The notes beneath the pieces are model-generated. The model saw nothing but the letters and a program-made list of their open reading frames with translations, had not been told where the DNA came from and did not search any database. DNA of 64,000 nucleotides, taken from contig NMRA01000071.1 of assembly GCA_002633005.1 (NCBI GenBank), positions 92,976-156,975 on the forward strand, given 5' to 3'. Of this stretch, positions 1-13,491 are shown piece after piece; position 1 is the first letter of the stretch, and every line of letters starts with the position of its first letter. The translations under genes and the position numbers were made by a program. Origin of the DNA: Phoronis australis (lineage: Eukaryota > Animalia > Phoronida).

Positions 1-877
1 GCCCACTGTCAATAGGAACCTTTCAACTTTGGACACACATTGTAATGATTACTAGGAAGCCTCTGAAGGCTCAGTGGGGGCTCTTTTTTCAAAGCAGGAA
101 AAAATATACAATGTATATACAAAGTATATACAATGTTGCTATGCTCACACTTGGTTGATAGCATGTAAAAGTCTTGGTCTACACCATCTTTTTATTAAAA
201 ATGCTCACTACAGAAGGCTGTTTTGTAAACTTAGATGTAAAAACCTTGGTCTATGCATTTTTTTGTAAAAAAATCTTTGTTTGGGGGGATTGCTGGGGGT
301 GGGGGGTTACGCATTGGAATTATGGACGCTCTGGAATATTGGGAACCCCATTTTGGACACCCTATTTTCGATATCCTGGATAAAGGCCTGGTCCACAGTT
401 GGCAATAAGGGGACAATTCAAATTTTGGCCTGGGCATCATTTCGGGAGGTAATTTTTGCAATTAGTTCGTATTGGCAATGTATGCCGTATGTAATGCCAT
501 AAACTTAATGAAGAAAAAATTCAAGACACACTTTGTCCATCACCCCCATTCCATTATTTACTCCTAACCACACATCTACAAACCCAGATACGCCACCTGT
601 GTACATGAACATACTGAACATGAAAAACAAAATTTCACAGTGAATTCTTCATAACACTGTATTCACTGTATTCGTGTGGTCAGGTGAAATTCAACTTTCG
701 AAACAGCATATTAGCATGAGGGTAATACCAGTTATGGCTTCACCCAGACTGGCTTAACTAGAAGTCTGAGAGGCATTGGGCAAATATCAGTTCTTGTTTC
801 ATCAAGGATAGCCTAGCAAGAGGTTTTGATAGGCACAAGCCAAGGGTAATATCTATGTTTATTTCACCAAGACTAAC

Positions 878-949
878 CTGTCTAAGGTCCGAGAGAGGAG
901 GCAACACAACTGTCTTTTCCATAGTGTGCATGACCATCTTCCACAGCTC
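878..949 (-). CDS. unc-13: unc-13 exon, MUN: ELWKMVMHTMEKTVVLPPLSDLRQ, 72 nt
   Basis: aatacag acceptor, CAG|gttagt donor. Confidence 0.94.
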
Positions 950-1222
950 CTGTATTACGTACAAGGTAACAATCAAAACACCGACTAACAAAAAACAGCT
1001 CCTGTATTACAAAGTAACAATCAAAACACTGCCTAACATAAAACAACTTTTCATTTTATTATTGAGAATTGTCACTGGATAACTTATGGAGTCATCTTAA
1101 TAACAAGTGCAACAAACTAGTGTACAAATAACGTAACCAAATTCAAGTTAATTTTGGAGACAGTGATGAGAAGTGAATGAAGGTTTAACAAACCAAGTGA
1201 ATGAACGTAGTGTCTGACTAAC

Positions 1223-1277
1223 CTGCATCACCCGTTTATAGACAGCATGGCAAGTCACACGGTGGCACAATGGTATA
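1223..1277 (-). CDS. unc-13: candidate unc-13 alternative exon 3b: IPLCHRVTCHAVYKRVMQ (55 nt)
   Basis: tttgttttgatcag acceptor, CAG|gttagt donor; same length and phase (2-0) as 1361-1415, open frame, VxKR aligned position for position. Confidence 0.65.
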
Positions 1278-1360
1278 CTGATCAAAACAAAGGTTTAGAA
1301 CATAAACAAGTGTACAGCTGATTGCACATCCTACTAAGCCAACACCCACGATAGTCATAC

Positions 1361-1415
1361 CTTTAGCAGTCTCTTAAGCACTGTCTTTTCGCACTGCTGA
1401 GAGAACATAGCCAAA
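1361..1415 (-). CDS. unc-13: unc-13 exon 3a, MUN: LAMFSQQCEKTVLKRLLK (55 nt)
   Basis: tttttag acceptor, AAG|gtatga donor; conserved CEKTVLKR. Confidence 0.93.
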
Positions 1416-2242
1416 CTAAAAAGCAAAGGGTTAGATCAAGCACAGTAATGGTTAAATATCCACACCCCACGTTTAGTAATTACTGCTCAGGATACAAAAT
1501 AGCTGCCAAATAACCTTATTGATTTAAAACACAAGATTGCTTACACTATCCTAGCCCACAACTGAGTAGAGTCGACACTATGGCCAAAGAAGCAGAACTA
1601 AAACCCTGATTAATTTGAAAAGTGGAAGAGAATGAGATGTACAAGGAAGACTACAGTGGCAGAAGGGTAGATCTACCATGTGGTGCAGGTAAAGCAGATG
1701 GTAACATCTTCTATGTGGTGCAAGTAATAAAAGTAACAGGGTATCATCTACCATGTAGTGCAGGTAAAGCTGCAGTAGTGTATAACACATACCATATGGT
1801 GCAAGTAACATAAACTACCCTAAAAGTAACTTGACTTAATTTCATTTTTTTCAAACATACACCGATAAACACACTGATGTCATATACTGAATTATCATTT
1901 TGGCAATTTCCAAGCTGGGGTTCATCTAGCAGACGTCCATGATGCCAGGTGAACCCAGCCAGGATGCTCTGTTCAGCATTTAGATGCACAAGTAAAGCAA
2001 TCAAAAAACCATTGGTATCTCTTAATTTGCTTAAAAGTATAAGGTAATCTTTTTTTCAAATGAGACTTTCTTAATATTTAGTCTCAAAGTAGACAGAATG
2101 GTTATGCACCTACTATTTTATGCACTTTCGAACATAAAAATAATATGACACAAATGTTTACTTTGCCCTAAACATGTTTACAATTTGCGTTACTTTTTAT
2201 TTGCTCAACTAGTAATTTCTTTAATCAGCAGTTCACTTGTCA

Positions 2243-2918
2243 TGTGGAATACTACACAAAGTCAGTGTGTGAAGTTCTGCACTGCAGAATATTACACAAA
2301 TTTTGCGGAAATATTACACAAATTTTGCAAAAATTATGCAAAAAGCGTGTGGGATATTTAGCAGGATATTAAATTGGCCCATTAGCAGCTTGACGATTGA
2401 CAAAAACAAGTGGCATAGATGAGATGTCAGGTGTGTCTGTGTCTGTTTAAGGAACAGTTCACAAACCAATGAGCAAGTCTTCCATAGATTAATTACTGTT
2501 TGTATTGAAACATGGATACTTTCATTTGTTGAGAATGGAATTTATTTCATCTTTATTGCAGACTCAGCAAAACTATTCTGTCTTAAGAACTGTCTTAGGA
2601 ACTATGTTAGGATCTTGTCTTAGGAACTGTCTTAGGAACTGTTTCGCAAGACAAAAGTGGAACCATACCGCAACTGTCACATTGATTAATTGTTTGTTTT
2701 GAAATTTTAGAGCAGCAAAGAAATGCTTCGATATAACAAGCCTGTTTGTAATAAATACAAAATTGACAAAACTTGTTTCCATCAATCAACAAGCTGCTAT
2801 TGGTCCAATTTAATATCCTGCTGAAAATCCCGCAGGCTTTTAGTGTAGTGTCTACAAAATTCATGAAATATTCTGCCTTCTGGAACTTCACACACTGACT
2901 GTGCAATATTCTGCATGG
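2243..2918. mobile_element. degenerate MITE-like element
   Basis: inverted pair agtcagtgtgtgaagttc (~2260) / gaacttcacacactgact (~2883), plus gcagaatatt/aatattctgc; ends and TSD not resolved. Confidence 0.4.
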
Positions 2919-3658
2919 GAAAAATGAAATACAAATTAAGGAAAAAAATTGAGCAAATAAAGTAACACTGCAATCATGTTAATTAATGCAAGTTATAGAT
3001 TTGTTTCGTATCATTTTTTATGGCCTTAAGCGGATAAAAACGAGGTGCAGACTAAATAAGAGAGCCTCATTTGAAAAAAGATCGCCTTACCTGTGGGAGC
3101 TCATTAGTCTGCCCAGAATAAAAAGTTGGTTGAGATATGATGTAAGACAGCCACATTGTGAAAGCAAGTTGGGATCATCGAAAATGCAGCCACGTGTTAT
3201 TGGTCATGGACATGCAGAGAAATAACATGTTATTGGACAAGGACGTCCAGTGAAATAACGTGTTATAGGACAAGGACGTCCTGTGAAATTGGAAAACCCA
3301 TTTTGGACACAGTATTTTTGAAATCCTTTTGGTGCATGACTTGATATGTGAACTTTACACAGTTAAAATAACCAACACCTCCAAGTCAAAAGTTGCAAAC
3401 TTACAAATTCTTGAAATCAATCAAATGTCTAATTCAAGGGGAAGTTAAATTTTGAGCAATGCAGATTGGACATATGGTGCAGTTACAACAGAAGGTTATG
3501 GCAAACACTTTTCAATTCAAATACAACATGGCAGTGCTGGAATTTAATTTTGACACACTGCCACCAACAAAAAATTGCACATTTTAACAATAATGTGATC
3601 AGCCTTTCAAACACTTTGAACATCTTGCAATTAAATTGCATGAAAATGAAGAGAAATT

Positions 3659-3783
3659 ACCATGGTATCTATCATACTGGTACTCTTAGACCATGGTATC
3701 TATCATACTGGTACACTTAGACCATGGTATCTATCATACTGGTACACTTAGACCATGGTATCTATCATACTGGTACACTTAGA
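3659..3783. repeat. 31-bp minisatellite, ~4 copies
   Basis: accatggtatctatcatactggtacacttag repeated. Confidence 0.9.
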
Positions 3784-4717
3784 CATAATGAGTAACTGTG
3801 ACAAGGTGTAACAACTAGAGCAAGCAGTGAAATGCACCAACTGCACCGCAAATGGTATGCTTCTAAGGATGCTTATTATTATCAAGTAATTTATATTATT
3901 AATAGCATTTGATCAAAACAGGAATTCGACTCGTGTGCTGGCACATCACAGCCATCTGCCAATGCCCAACAAAAATTATCAAGTCATTTTGACAAAAATC
4001 AACCAACAAGCAAGCAAAACATCTTGTCAGTGGCCATCAAGGTGTGCAATGTCAGATACTTTATTAAGAGATAAAGCAATGGATGCAGGACTCGTGACAG
4101 CATTATGATCCCAAAGTCAAAAACAAAAATGGTCATTAGGTGGCAAAATACATGTAACACATCCAAAAATAGAAAGGTGTACAAACCAAGCCAAATTTCA
4201 TGAAAAGCTATCCTAACAAGAAACTCTTGAAGATCCAGACATAAATGTAAAATATTAAATTGCCGCTAGGGGTCACATCAGCAGAGAGGTGCAGCCGAAA
4301 GTACTCATCACTTGTCACAGCAAATCGCTATCAAAATTTCCAAAAGATCCTGCTCTTCTCAGAAGAAACAAACCCGCCAATTCCCTTAATAACACTTGAT
4401 GTTCCGTCAAGCACAACACATCAACACACAGGCCAACATAATGAAGGAAAGACTATCTTTGGGCAGAATACTGACCACATGCGACTACAAAGTTTTCGTG
4501 GGCGCATAACATAACATCCACCATAAATATTATTCAATTAATGATAAATTCACCAGAAGTAGAGAACTGTGACAAAAAGATGCTTGTACAATGGACTCAA
4601 TGGGTCAAAAAGGTCAACTTTGAGTGTCTATAATAATATGATGACCATTTGAAATATAATTTTACAAGCCAGATACAAGAAGCATAATCTGAGTGTGTGA
4701 GAAGCCTGGATACCAAC

Positions 4718-4882
4718 CTGCCATCTAACAAATCCATGAGAGGAGATAACACAACATCTGCACTTGAAAGGATTTCAGCCTTTTGACTGGGTTGGTTCAG
4801 TGACACCTGGCCTTGTCCTTTCACTTTTGTGAACAATAGGTCAGCTAACTCATTGACACTTTGTTGTATTTGAGGTTCAAGA
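4718..4882 (-). CDS. unc-13: unc-13 exon, MUN: LEPQIQQSVNELADLLFTKVKGQGQ...ADVVLSPLMDLLDG(S), 165 nt
   Basis: gtttcag acceptor, AG|gttggt donor; VKG and PLMDLLD motifs. Confidence 0.93.
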
Positions 4883-5039
4883 CTGAAACAGTAGAGAAAT
4901 AGATAACTATATTTTTGTGCACAGTCAAATGTCTAACAATCTGATTATCACCAACCTAGAAGATTGTTAGCACGTTTGTACACCATAAATATTAATGTTT
5001 ACAGATTGAAATGAAAGGAAGAAAACGCATTTCCATTCA

Positions 5040-5490
5040 CACCCACCCATGTCTCGCCCACACAGGGAACACTGGTCCATCACTCACCCCTCCCCCTACT
5101 CATGGAAAACTGGCCCATCACCCATTTATCCCCACACAGGGAGCACCGGGCCATCACTAATCTCTCTCCACCACACAGAAAACACCAGCCCATCACCCAT
5201 CTCTCAACCAAACAGGAAACATTGGCTCATCACCCATCTGTCTCCCCCCACACATGGAATACCAGCCCACCACTCATCTGTCCCCCCACACAGGGAGCAC
5301 CAGCCCATCACCCATTTCTCCCCCAAACAGGTAACACCGACCACCACCCATCTCTCCCTCACCACAGGGAACACTGGTCCATCACCCATCTCTCCCCCCA
5401 CACAGGAACACCGGCCCATTACCCATCTCTACCCCCACACAGGGAACACCGGCATATCACTCATCTCTCCCCCACACAGGGAAAACCAAC
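5040..5490. repeat. degenerate C-rich ~36-bp minisatellite
   Basis: recurring ccatcacccatctctccccacacagggaacac. Confidence 0.85.
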
Positions 5491-5982
5491 ACCTACATTA
5501 TGACATAACCATTTATTTATTAAGTATTAAGCAGGTAATATTCATCTTGACCTAAACAATGTTATTTCATGAAGTAAGAATTGGATCAAGGCTAGTGTAC
5601 TCTTAGAATTACAGAAAACGTCCTTGAAGCTATTTTTAACATAGTTGAGGGAGCTGCATTTTTGAATGTCATACGGAAGTGAAGTCCAAATTGTCAATAC
5701 GCAATATAACAATGACTCTTCTGAATGCTTGACTATGGAGAATTGCATACTAGGAAACTGTGTCTCAAACTGGTGTCATAAAAATGCATTGGATCAAATA
5801 ATATTTCAATAGAGCTGTTAACATTCAGTTAATCTTCTTAAAAAGTAAAGTTGGCCATGTGAAGCTTTCTTCCTGTGGACAGTTTGGGTCAACTGAGGTT
5901 AGATATCTTGAATGCTGTGGTTACTACAACTACAAGAGCAGCTTCATAGTAGAATGTTTGAACATGTTGAAGCACACCTATA

Positions 5983-7010
5983 TCAGTGGACTGGATGGGT
6001 TACCAGTGGACTGAATGGGTTACCAGTGGACTGAATGGGTTACCAGTGGACTGAATGGGTTACCAGTGGACTGAATGGGTTACCAGTGGACTGAATGGGT
6101 TACCAGTGGACTGAATGGGTTACCAGTGGACTGAATGGGTTANNNNNNNNNNNNNNNNNNNNNNNNNNNNNNNNNNNNNNNNNNNNNNNNNNNNNNNNNN
6201 NNNNNNNNNNNNNNNNNNNNNNNNNNNNNNNNNNNNNNNNNNNNNNNNNNNNNNNNNNNNNNNNNNNNNNNNNNNNNNNNNNNNNNNNNNNNNNNNNNNN
6301 NNNNNNNNNNNNNNNNNNNNNNNNNNNNNNNNNNNNNNNNNNNNNNNNNNNNNNNNNNNNNNNCCAGTGGACTGAATGGGTTACCAGTGGACTGAATGGG
6401 TTATTAGTGGTGTAGGATGTCAAATGCGTTTTGAGTTCAGAGTTAACGATAGATGGCGCGGCAAGTCAGTGCTTTGTATAGTTTTCAGGTTCGCCGCTTG
6501 TAACGCTGCCTGTCACTTCCTGTTTTTTGCTGAATTTATGAAAGTCGTGTTTTTTCTTGCTCCTTGTAAGTTGTTATTTTCAACGTCATTCCATTCGATG
6601 TTATAGCTTGTCGTTTGCTTCATAGTTGCTCAGTATATTAGAGTTATTTTCCATTCCTTTTCGAGGCTTTGTGTGCTTGCACATTGGCGGTTCGCTCCAC
6701 TGAACTTGACCACGCGGTCATTTGACATTGGTTTGACCTCTAGTTCATTTTGAGTTTGCAATTAGAAACCAGTTGTTTCGTCTATTAGTTTTGGTGCTAT
6801 TATTCACTGTGATACTTGTTGATTTGTTTTCTTAATTATTTATTTGTTTATTTCGCTAACATTTGTTTTTTAATTTTCTTTTAGGAAACCTTATGTACTT
6901 CTTGTACGACCGTATGCCAGACCGTATGGCCTCACGATGTTGAATAAATGAAATGTTTTGAATCCTACAAGTGGACTGAATGGGTTACCAGTGGACTGAA
7001 TGGGTTATCA
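5983..7010. repeat. 20-bp satellite with assembly gap (N 6143-6363), interrupted by a solo LTR
   Basis: (ccagtggactgaatgggtta)n on both sides of the gap and of the insertion. Confidence 0.95.
6411..6969. mobile_element. solo LTR, 559 bp
   Basis: TGTAGGAT...ATCCTACA termini, 5-bp TSD AGTGG (6406-6410 and 6970-6974), AATAAA near the right end. Confidence 0.8.
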
Positions 7011-7283
7011 GTTTCTGAGTCTTTTAAAAAATGCCCGATTGAGTAGGGTGAAGGAAAGTGTCATCTAACAGGATACCAAGATGTCTAACTATATGACTGT
7101 GGAATTGTTTCATCATTAAGTTTCAGGTCATAATGTTAATCAACAAGCAAGAGAGTGTGGATGGTGAGCTATTAATGTCCTGTCATCTTCTTGTCAGGGA
7201 GATTGAATAATGACAGAGGACTGAGGACATCACCCAGTTAGAAGGGTGAATGCTTCCATCGATAGACACTGTGTGCGTGATTA

Positions 7284-7410
7284 GTGAGACACAAGGTCAT
7301 AACAGTTTAGAATGTAACAAGTTATATGAGACACGAGGTCACAACAGTTTAGAATGTAACAAGTTATATGAGACACAAGGTCATAACAGTTTAGAATGTA
7401 ACAAGTTATA
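7284..7410. repeat. 42-bp minisatellite, 3 copies
   Basis: tgagacacaaggtcataacagtttagaatgtaacaagttata. Confidence 0.9.
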
Positions 7411-7619
7411 CCACAAGCAGTTTGGAGCAAGTAGTGGCTAAAGGTATGTCCATGAAGACGCAGCTTGACACTCGCACATATGTTAAAATGTAACTAAATT
7501 CATGTGACTTCAACAAGTTGTGGCACGGTACAATGACTGACACAAGAAGACCTAATTTAACAACAATACATAGAACATACAATAATTAGAGAGAGAGGAG
7601 ACAGTAAAGGCAGGCTAAC

Positions 7620-7864
7620 CTCTTGGAGAATATTCCACTGAGTGTATCCAACACACCATTCAAGGACAGCTGAAGTTCCTTCAGAATATCAGCAGCATTC
7701 TTATCCACATTATCACCTCCCATGGCTTTAAACACTTTATCAAGTTGGATGCGCAGTTGTTGGATGTTGTTCATGAGGATACAAGCCACCTTCTGTTTAC
7801 CACAATAATGTGGAAAGTCTGCACGCAGCAAGTCAGCATAGGCAAGCAGCACTTTATTGACAGT
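7620..7864 (-). CDS. unc-13: unc-13 exon, MUN: TVNKVLLAYADLL...CILMNNIQQLRIQL...LSGIFSK(S), 245 nt
   Basis: ttttcag acceptor, AG|gttagc donor; lies within ORF 7586..7903. Confidence 0.95.
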
Positions 7865-7979
7865 CTGAAAATAAGTGACGTCTCTATTAATAGACAGACT
7901 CATCTGACAAAAATATGCTATAATAATGTCAAAAATATCAGGGAATGCAATATGAAGTCAATAGATAATTAATACTCAC

Positions 7980-8123
7980 CAGAGCAAATCTCTTCATGTA
8001 TCTCTTTTCAATCTCAGGATCAGGACACTCTAACTTCTTAATCACTTCAAAACATTGGTTAAGGTTTGCAAACACATCAGTGACAGATGTAGAAAACAGG
8101 ACGTGCTCAGAGCTCTTCTGGAA
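7980..8123 (-). CDS. unc-13: unc-13 exon, MUN: [48 protein letters not shown], 144 nt
   Basis: gttacag acceptor, CTG|gtgagt donor. Confidence 0.95.
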
Positions 8124-9892
8124 CTGTAACCATCATCAACCATCTCAAAATGAAGTGTATCAAATATCATCTAACACAGGAAATGGAACATTTATCATTT
8201 ATCAGTTAGTTCGGTAAAATCTCACAAATTTAGGACAGATACAGCAGGCAAATGAGATTTATTTTAAATTTTTTTCACAAAAGATATATGAGCCCCAATG
8301 AAACCTTTCACACCATGGCTGTAAATGGTTGAATTCAGTAACCAAAAATTTGGTATGATACTTTAAATATTTCTTCTTCAATTTATGTACTTTTAATCAA
8401 GAAACAAAAGCAAAAATTAAATAATTAAAAATTTTGTGACATCATCAGTGGATCTGGTCTACACCATTGTGTTGTTCTACACCAGCACCAAGCTGAAGTG
8501 GTCACGAAAACTGAGTTCAACAGAGTATTATGAAAAGTTGCATGCGCATAGGATGCAGTAACAGCAATCGGACAGACAGACAGACAGACAATATTTGTGT
8601 TTCCAAAAGACCGTAACATCACCCAGAAATTGCAGAGGTTCAAGCATCGAATAGTACACAGTAGAGCATGCGAAAAGTTCAGGGGTCACACAGTGCTCAG
8701 CCCATTATGAAGCATTGTGCTTTGATCTGTCACAGAAACAGTTATTTGATGAAGGATTCTCCAATATGTAAGTGCATTTGATGGTGTATTATGTTGTACC
8801 ATTGCTAGGAACATAAAACACATGTTGACTATGAGCCTCACCATCAAATTGTGACAGAGATAATGAATGAGATTGCAGTAAGTTTCTGACAGTCTACTCT
8901 TGTTCAAGCTTTGTGGGAGATAAATGCTATCCAAATATACACCAATGCCCATTAGTAAAAAATGAGATGCATAGGTCACGCAGTTTGAGATCATGACAGC
9001 AGCCAGAACAGAGGCTAGTCCGATACCAGACCAAAATAATCGACGAATCACATCGGTACAAAACTTTCATGGTTTTGGAAGAGACAAGACAGAAACCAGT
9101 ATCATTTACCGTATTCGCCCTAATAAGCACCCAGGGCACTTACAAAAATTCGTTTCAGGATGGGGGGCGCTTATCATGGCCTAAAGCAGTTGAAACCCGG
9201 TCTCCAAAACGGGTGAAAATCTAAGATAGGATTCATCAAATTAATGCTCTGTGACGTATCTGTAACCTATGACAGACTTTCTTCAAAATTATGGTGCATT
9301 GTTATCAAATTTCTTTGTTATATTACGGTCATTTTTCAGAAAACTGTTCTGAAATTCCAGGGCGAAAACTCGTCGACTGATGCGTCACTACCTCGCCATC
9401 GTCGAAAGGGCAACTTGAATTCTTGAATAAAAATATAGTTTCGAAATAGCGTCCCCGAGATTTTTAAGCTTCTGTGGTGTCAGAATTAACTGCACATAAG
9501 TCCAAATCTTTGCTAGATCGTTCCCCGCAACATGAGAAAGTTTTGGACACAGGTTGTTGTCACGTGACATTTGTTTGAAGTTCGTCTGCGTGCGTGTGAT
9601 TAAGCGAGGACATGCGTATCACCAGAGTTCATTTGCCAGAGTAAAGGCAGTGTAACGATCTGGGTGTGCATTGTAACTAAAGAAATTAACGCAAGCAGTA
9701 AATCAGAACGTGTTTTAGTCGGCACTTGTTGATCTCATCTGCAAAAACCGTTTGAGAATTGTCTCAGTAAGTTGCCGGATGACTGGATGCGTGACAGTCT
9801 AACAGTTATTTTCCGGGAGATTCGGGGAGGTCTAAGGGTGCGGATGTGCTGACTATCAGAGGGTTATTTTGACTTTAAAAACACCAATTATG

Positions 9893-10895
9893 ATCAACAG
9901 GAACAATGCGGAGCGTTGAAATGCGCCCACAAATGCATCCAAAATGGTGTGCTTTCAGGGTTATTTATTTGTATCATAAAAATGGCCACTAGATGACGCA
10001 AAAACGTACAATCCATCCAAAAACGGGAACATGCCATATTTCATAAAAATCTGTCAAGGAACTTCAGAGAAACAAAGAAAAACAGAACAAAATGAAATTA
10101 CCACTTGTGGGCACAGTGTCCCTTCCATCCGCCTGAAAGTTGTCGTCTATTATCTTCATATAAATTCACCAACTAAATTCAATAAAAATCCTGCATTGGG
10201 TTTTGGTGATACAGATATGGGCGCAAAACAAAACAAAACTACCACTAGGAGGCGCCACAGTAGTCAGTCGCAATCATCAAACGTCCTCTTCACACTGAAA
10301 ACATATACGCCAATTTTCAAAACCGTCCCTAGAATGATTTGGTTGATCGAGGGGTGGATGCCAAAAACAATATTTGAAAACAGCAAAAATGGCCACCAGG
10401 TGGCGCAAAATACCTTGATTCCATCCAAAAACAGGATGATAGAGTCATTTCACCAATAGATATCAATATTCAACATTTTATGAAAATCTGTTGAGGACCT
10501 TAGAAGATACAGACTGATAAACGTAAAAAACTAAAACTGCCACTAGGGGGCACACCAGAAAACACTCGAAAACAGTAAAAATGGCCACTAGGTGGCGCAA
10601 ACTACATCAAATCCATCTGAAAATGGGAGGATAGCATCATCTCACTAATAGGTGCCTATATGCCAAATTTTATGAAAATCCATTCAAGACTTTTGAAGAT
10701 AAAGACTGCGGTAAAGGTAAAAAACTAAAATTTCCACTAGGGGGCACACCAGTAGTCGGATCCGTCCGAAAGTTTGCTCATGCCGTCCCATCCACAGAAG
10801 GAACGCATGTGCAAAATTTCATGAACATATGACAAGCGTTTTGGAGATAGAGCAGCAGATGCTGGACGGATGCTGGATGGAGATGACGCCATAAT
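9893..10895 (+). mobile_element. Helentron/HINE-like dispersed repeat with internal subrepeats
   Basis: aacagga/aacaaga start, recurring gccactag(g/a)..gc and ccaaattt modules, ggacgga tail; homologous to 26907-28205 and 34160-35720. Confidence 0.6.
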
Positions 10896-11485
10896 TAAAT
10901 AATTCCTCCTCGCAAACGTTTTGAGTATATTAGAAATTTAAGAAAATTAGTGCCAATATTTATTTGTTGCCGATGCTATGCTACCCGTGTCGTGAATGTA
11001 TAGTTCCCGATGACTAATGTCTTCGATGACAGGTATGTAGCGCGTGCTTCCTCACCACGTGCTTTTAACATCGGTCAAGTTTTTATTAAGACTTCGATTC
11101 GTGGTTTTCCCCATGTACAAAGTAATTTGGATTCCTGTTGAGACAGAAAATGCAATACAATCCCTTTGACAAGTACGCTGTGTCTGTTCTGAAAGGTCAG
11201 ACATTCCTCGCAAGATCAGCAAAACATGCGTTCCTTTTGAAGCGCAGCGTAAGTTTGAAGTGTATAGTCAGAGCTAAATACCGACAAAGTGGTGAGCCTC
11301 GTGGTCTACAAATTCCGTGCACAATGATTTTTTTCAGGACTGTTGGGTCTTATTGATAAATTGAAGACGTTACTGTAGAATTTCAGAACTGTAGGTAAGG
11401 CATTTTTTGCATGTACACGGCCTTCATGGACAGGGCGCTTATGTTAAAACACATGGGGAGCGCTTATAGGGGCATGAGCGCTAAT

Positions 11486-13491
11486 AGCGGAGTTGCAACG
11501 CCACCATATTGGAAATGGGTCAGAATGTTGCATTGTGGTTAAGCCAGTAAACAAGTACGTCGGCAAGCGTGGGGGCGAACCGGCCACAGGGAGGTTATAC
11601 GTGTTGTGTGCCTGGTATGCTATAATACCAGTTAGCGAGATAAAAAATTTAGTTACTACCTGTTTCCCAAGGATCAAGAACTGCGTTAAACATGGGTCAA
11701 AGACATCGGTAGAGCTGGTAGCAAAGGCCGACTTCGTGAATTCTTTCCGACTTCGTAGCATAAAGTATGCAGCGCTCATTTTGAGGGCGGCAAGAAAACC
11801 TATCTTGGAAACTGCCCAACAATATATCCCTTCAAAGAAACAGTAACAAATACTCCACGGCGGTTGGTAGTGAAAAAAAAAACTTGTTTTCACTTGACCA
11901 GAACCAAGCCAACATGAGCAATTTTGAGGAATACCTCTGCACAATCACCTGTTCTGGGTCAACTCACTTAATGTACGCACACTATATGCATTAACGCGCT
12001 AAGATAAAGCGTGCAGAATACTATTATTTACTTTCTACAAAATTGTGGTGCATTGCTATCAAAATTCGTTGTTAAATTACTATCATTTTTCAGAAAATTG
12101 TGCTGAAATCCCAGGGCGAAATCTTGCCGACAAATGTGTAGCTGCTGGTCTCGTAATCGTCGATAGAGCTTGAATTCTTGAATCAGAATACAGCTTCGAC
12201 TCAACAAATTATCTGAAATCCTCAAGTTTTCCAAATAGCGTCTCTAAGATTTTTAAGTTCTTGTGGAGTCTGGATTAACTGCAGATTAAGTCCAAATCTG
12301 CGCTAGATTGTAGCCCGCAACACGAGAAAAATCTCTGGAGGAACACACATGTTGTTGTCACGGGACGTTTGTTTTGAAGTTTGTATGCGTGTGTGTGAGA
12401 GTAAGCGTACGTGTGGTTGTCATCAGAGTTCATTTGCCAGAGTAAATGCGATGTAATGATATAGGTGGGCATTGTATCCAAAGAAATTAACTCAAGCAGA
12501 CAAGCAGAGCGTGTTTTAATACTTAGCTTAGCACTTGCTGGCCTCATCTGCTACAAAACGTTTGAGAATTGTTTCGGTAAGACCAATATGTCACTCATTG
12601 AGTGGCCAGGTGAGTGGATGCGTGACCGTAGTGTAACAGCTATTTTCAGGAAGATTTGGGGTGTAAGGGTGCAAATGTACTATCAGTGGGTCATTTTGAC
12701 TTTAAAAACACCAAGTATGATTATTTAAATAATTTCTCTTAAAAATAATGCAAAAGTTTTTTACGGTATTACAAACTTTCAGAAATTAGCATCGGCAAGA
12801 ACTAAATATTGGCACAATGTTACCCGTTTCATGAATAGATAGTTCCCGACTAAATGTCTTCGATGACAGCCGGTATATTATGCAGCGCACGCTTCTTGGC
12901 CGCGTGCTAACAGTGGTCGATTTTTTTTAATTAGTCTTCGATTCACGGTTTTCACGTGTACAAAGAAGTTTGGATTCCTGTTGAGGCCGGAGAAGATATG
13001 TACCGGAAAAAAACAATGCAATCCCACTGACAAGTACGCTGTGTCTGTTTTCAAAGTCCAGACCCGTGTAGTGGGGCACATCCCTCGCAAGAACAGCAAA
13101 ACTTCTGCGTTCTTTTTGAATCGCGGCGTAAGTTTGAAGTGTATACGGACATAACGGTGAGGATCGTGGTCTACAAATTCAGGACTGTCAGATCTTTCAA
13201 TTGATAAATTGGAGACGTTAGAACTGTAGGTAAGGCATTTTTAGCATGTAGTTCATGGGCTGGGCGCTTACTTTAGCAAAGTCTGAAAACGTGTTGGGGC
13301 ACTTATTGGGGCATGGAACTTATTAGGGCGAATAGCAGAATTACATACAGCAGCGTAGTTTAATGCACACAAATCACACGTCGTGCAAACCAATCGGCCA
13401 TTCCATTTACCCTAATCAATCCCAATAGCCTTTGCGCACCCTAATTTCCGGACATGCGCAATCATTAAATCGATTCGGTTGCAACTCCGCT
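11486..13491 (+). mobile_element. ISL2EU/Harbinger-related non-autonomous element with THAP pseudo-ORF
   Basis: AT|AGCGGAGTTGCAAC...GTTGCAACTCCGCT|AT; 11596-11830 reads YTCCVPG/CYNTS*RDKKFSYYLFPKDQELR*TWVKDIGR...HKVCSAHF...CPTIYP (C2CH THAP with stops). Confidence 0.75.
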
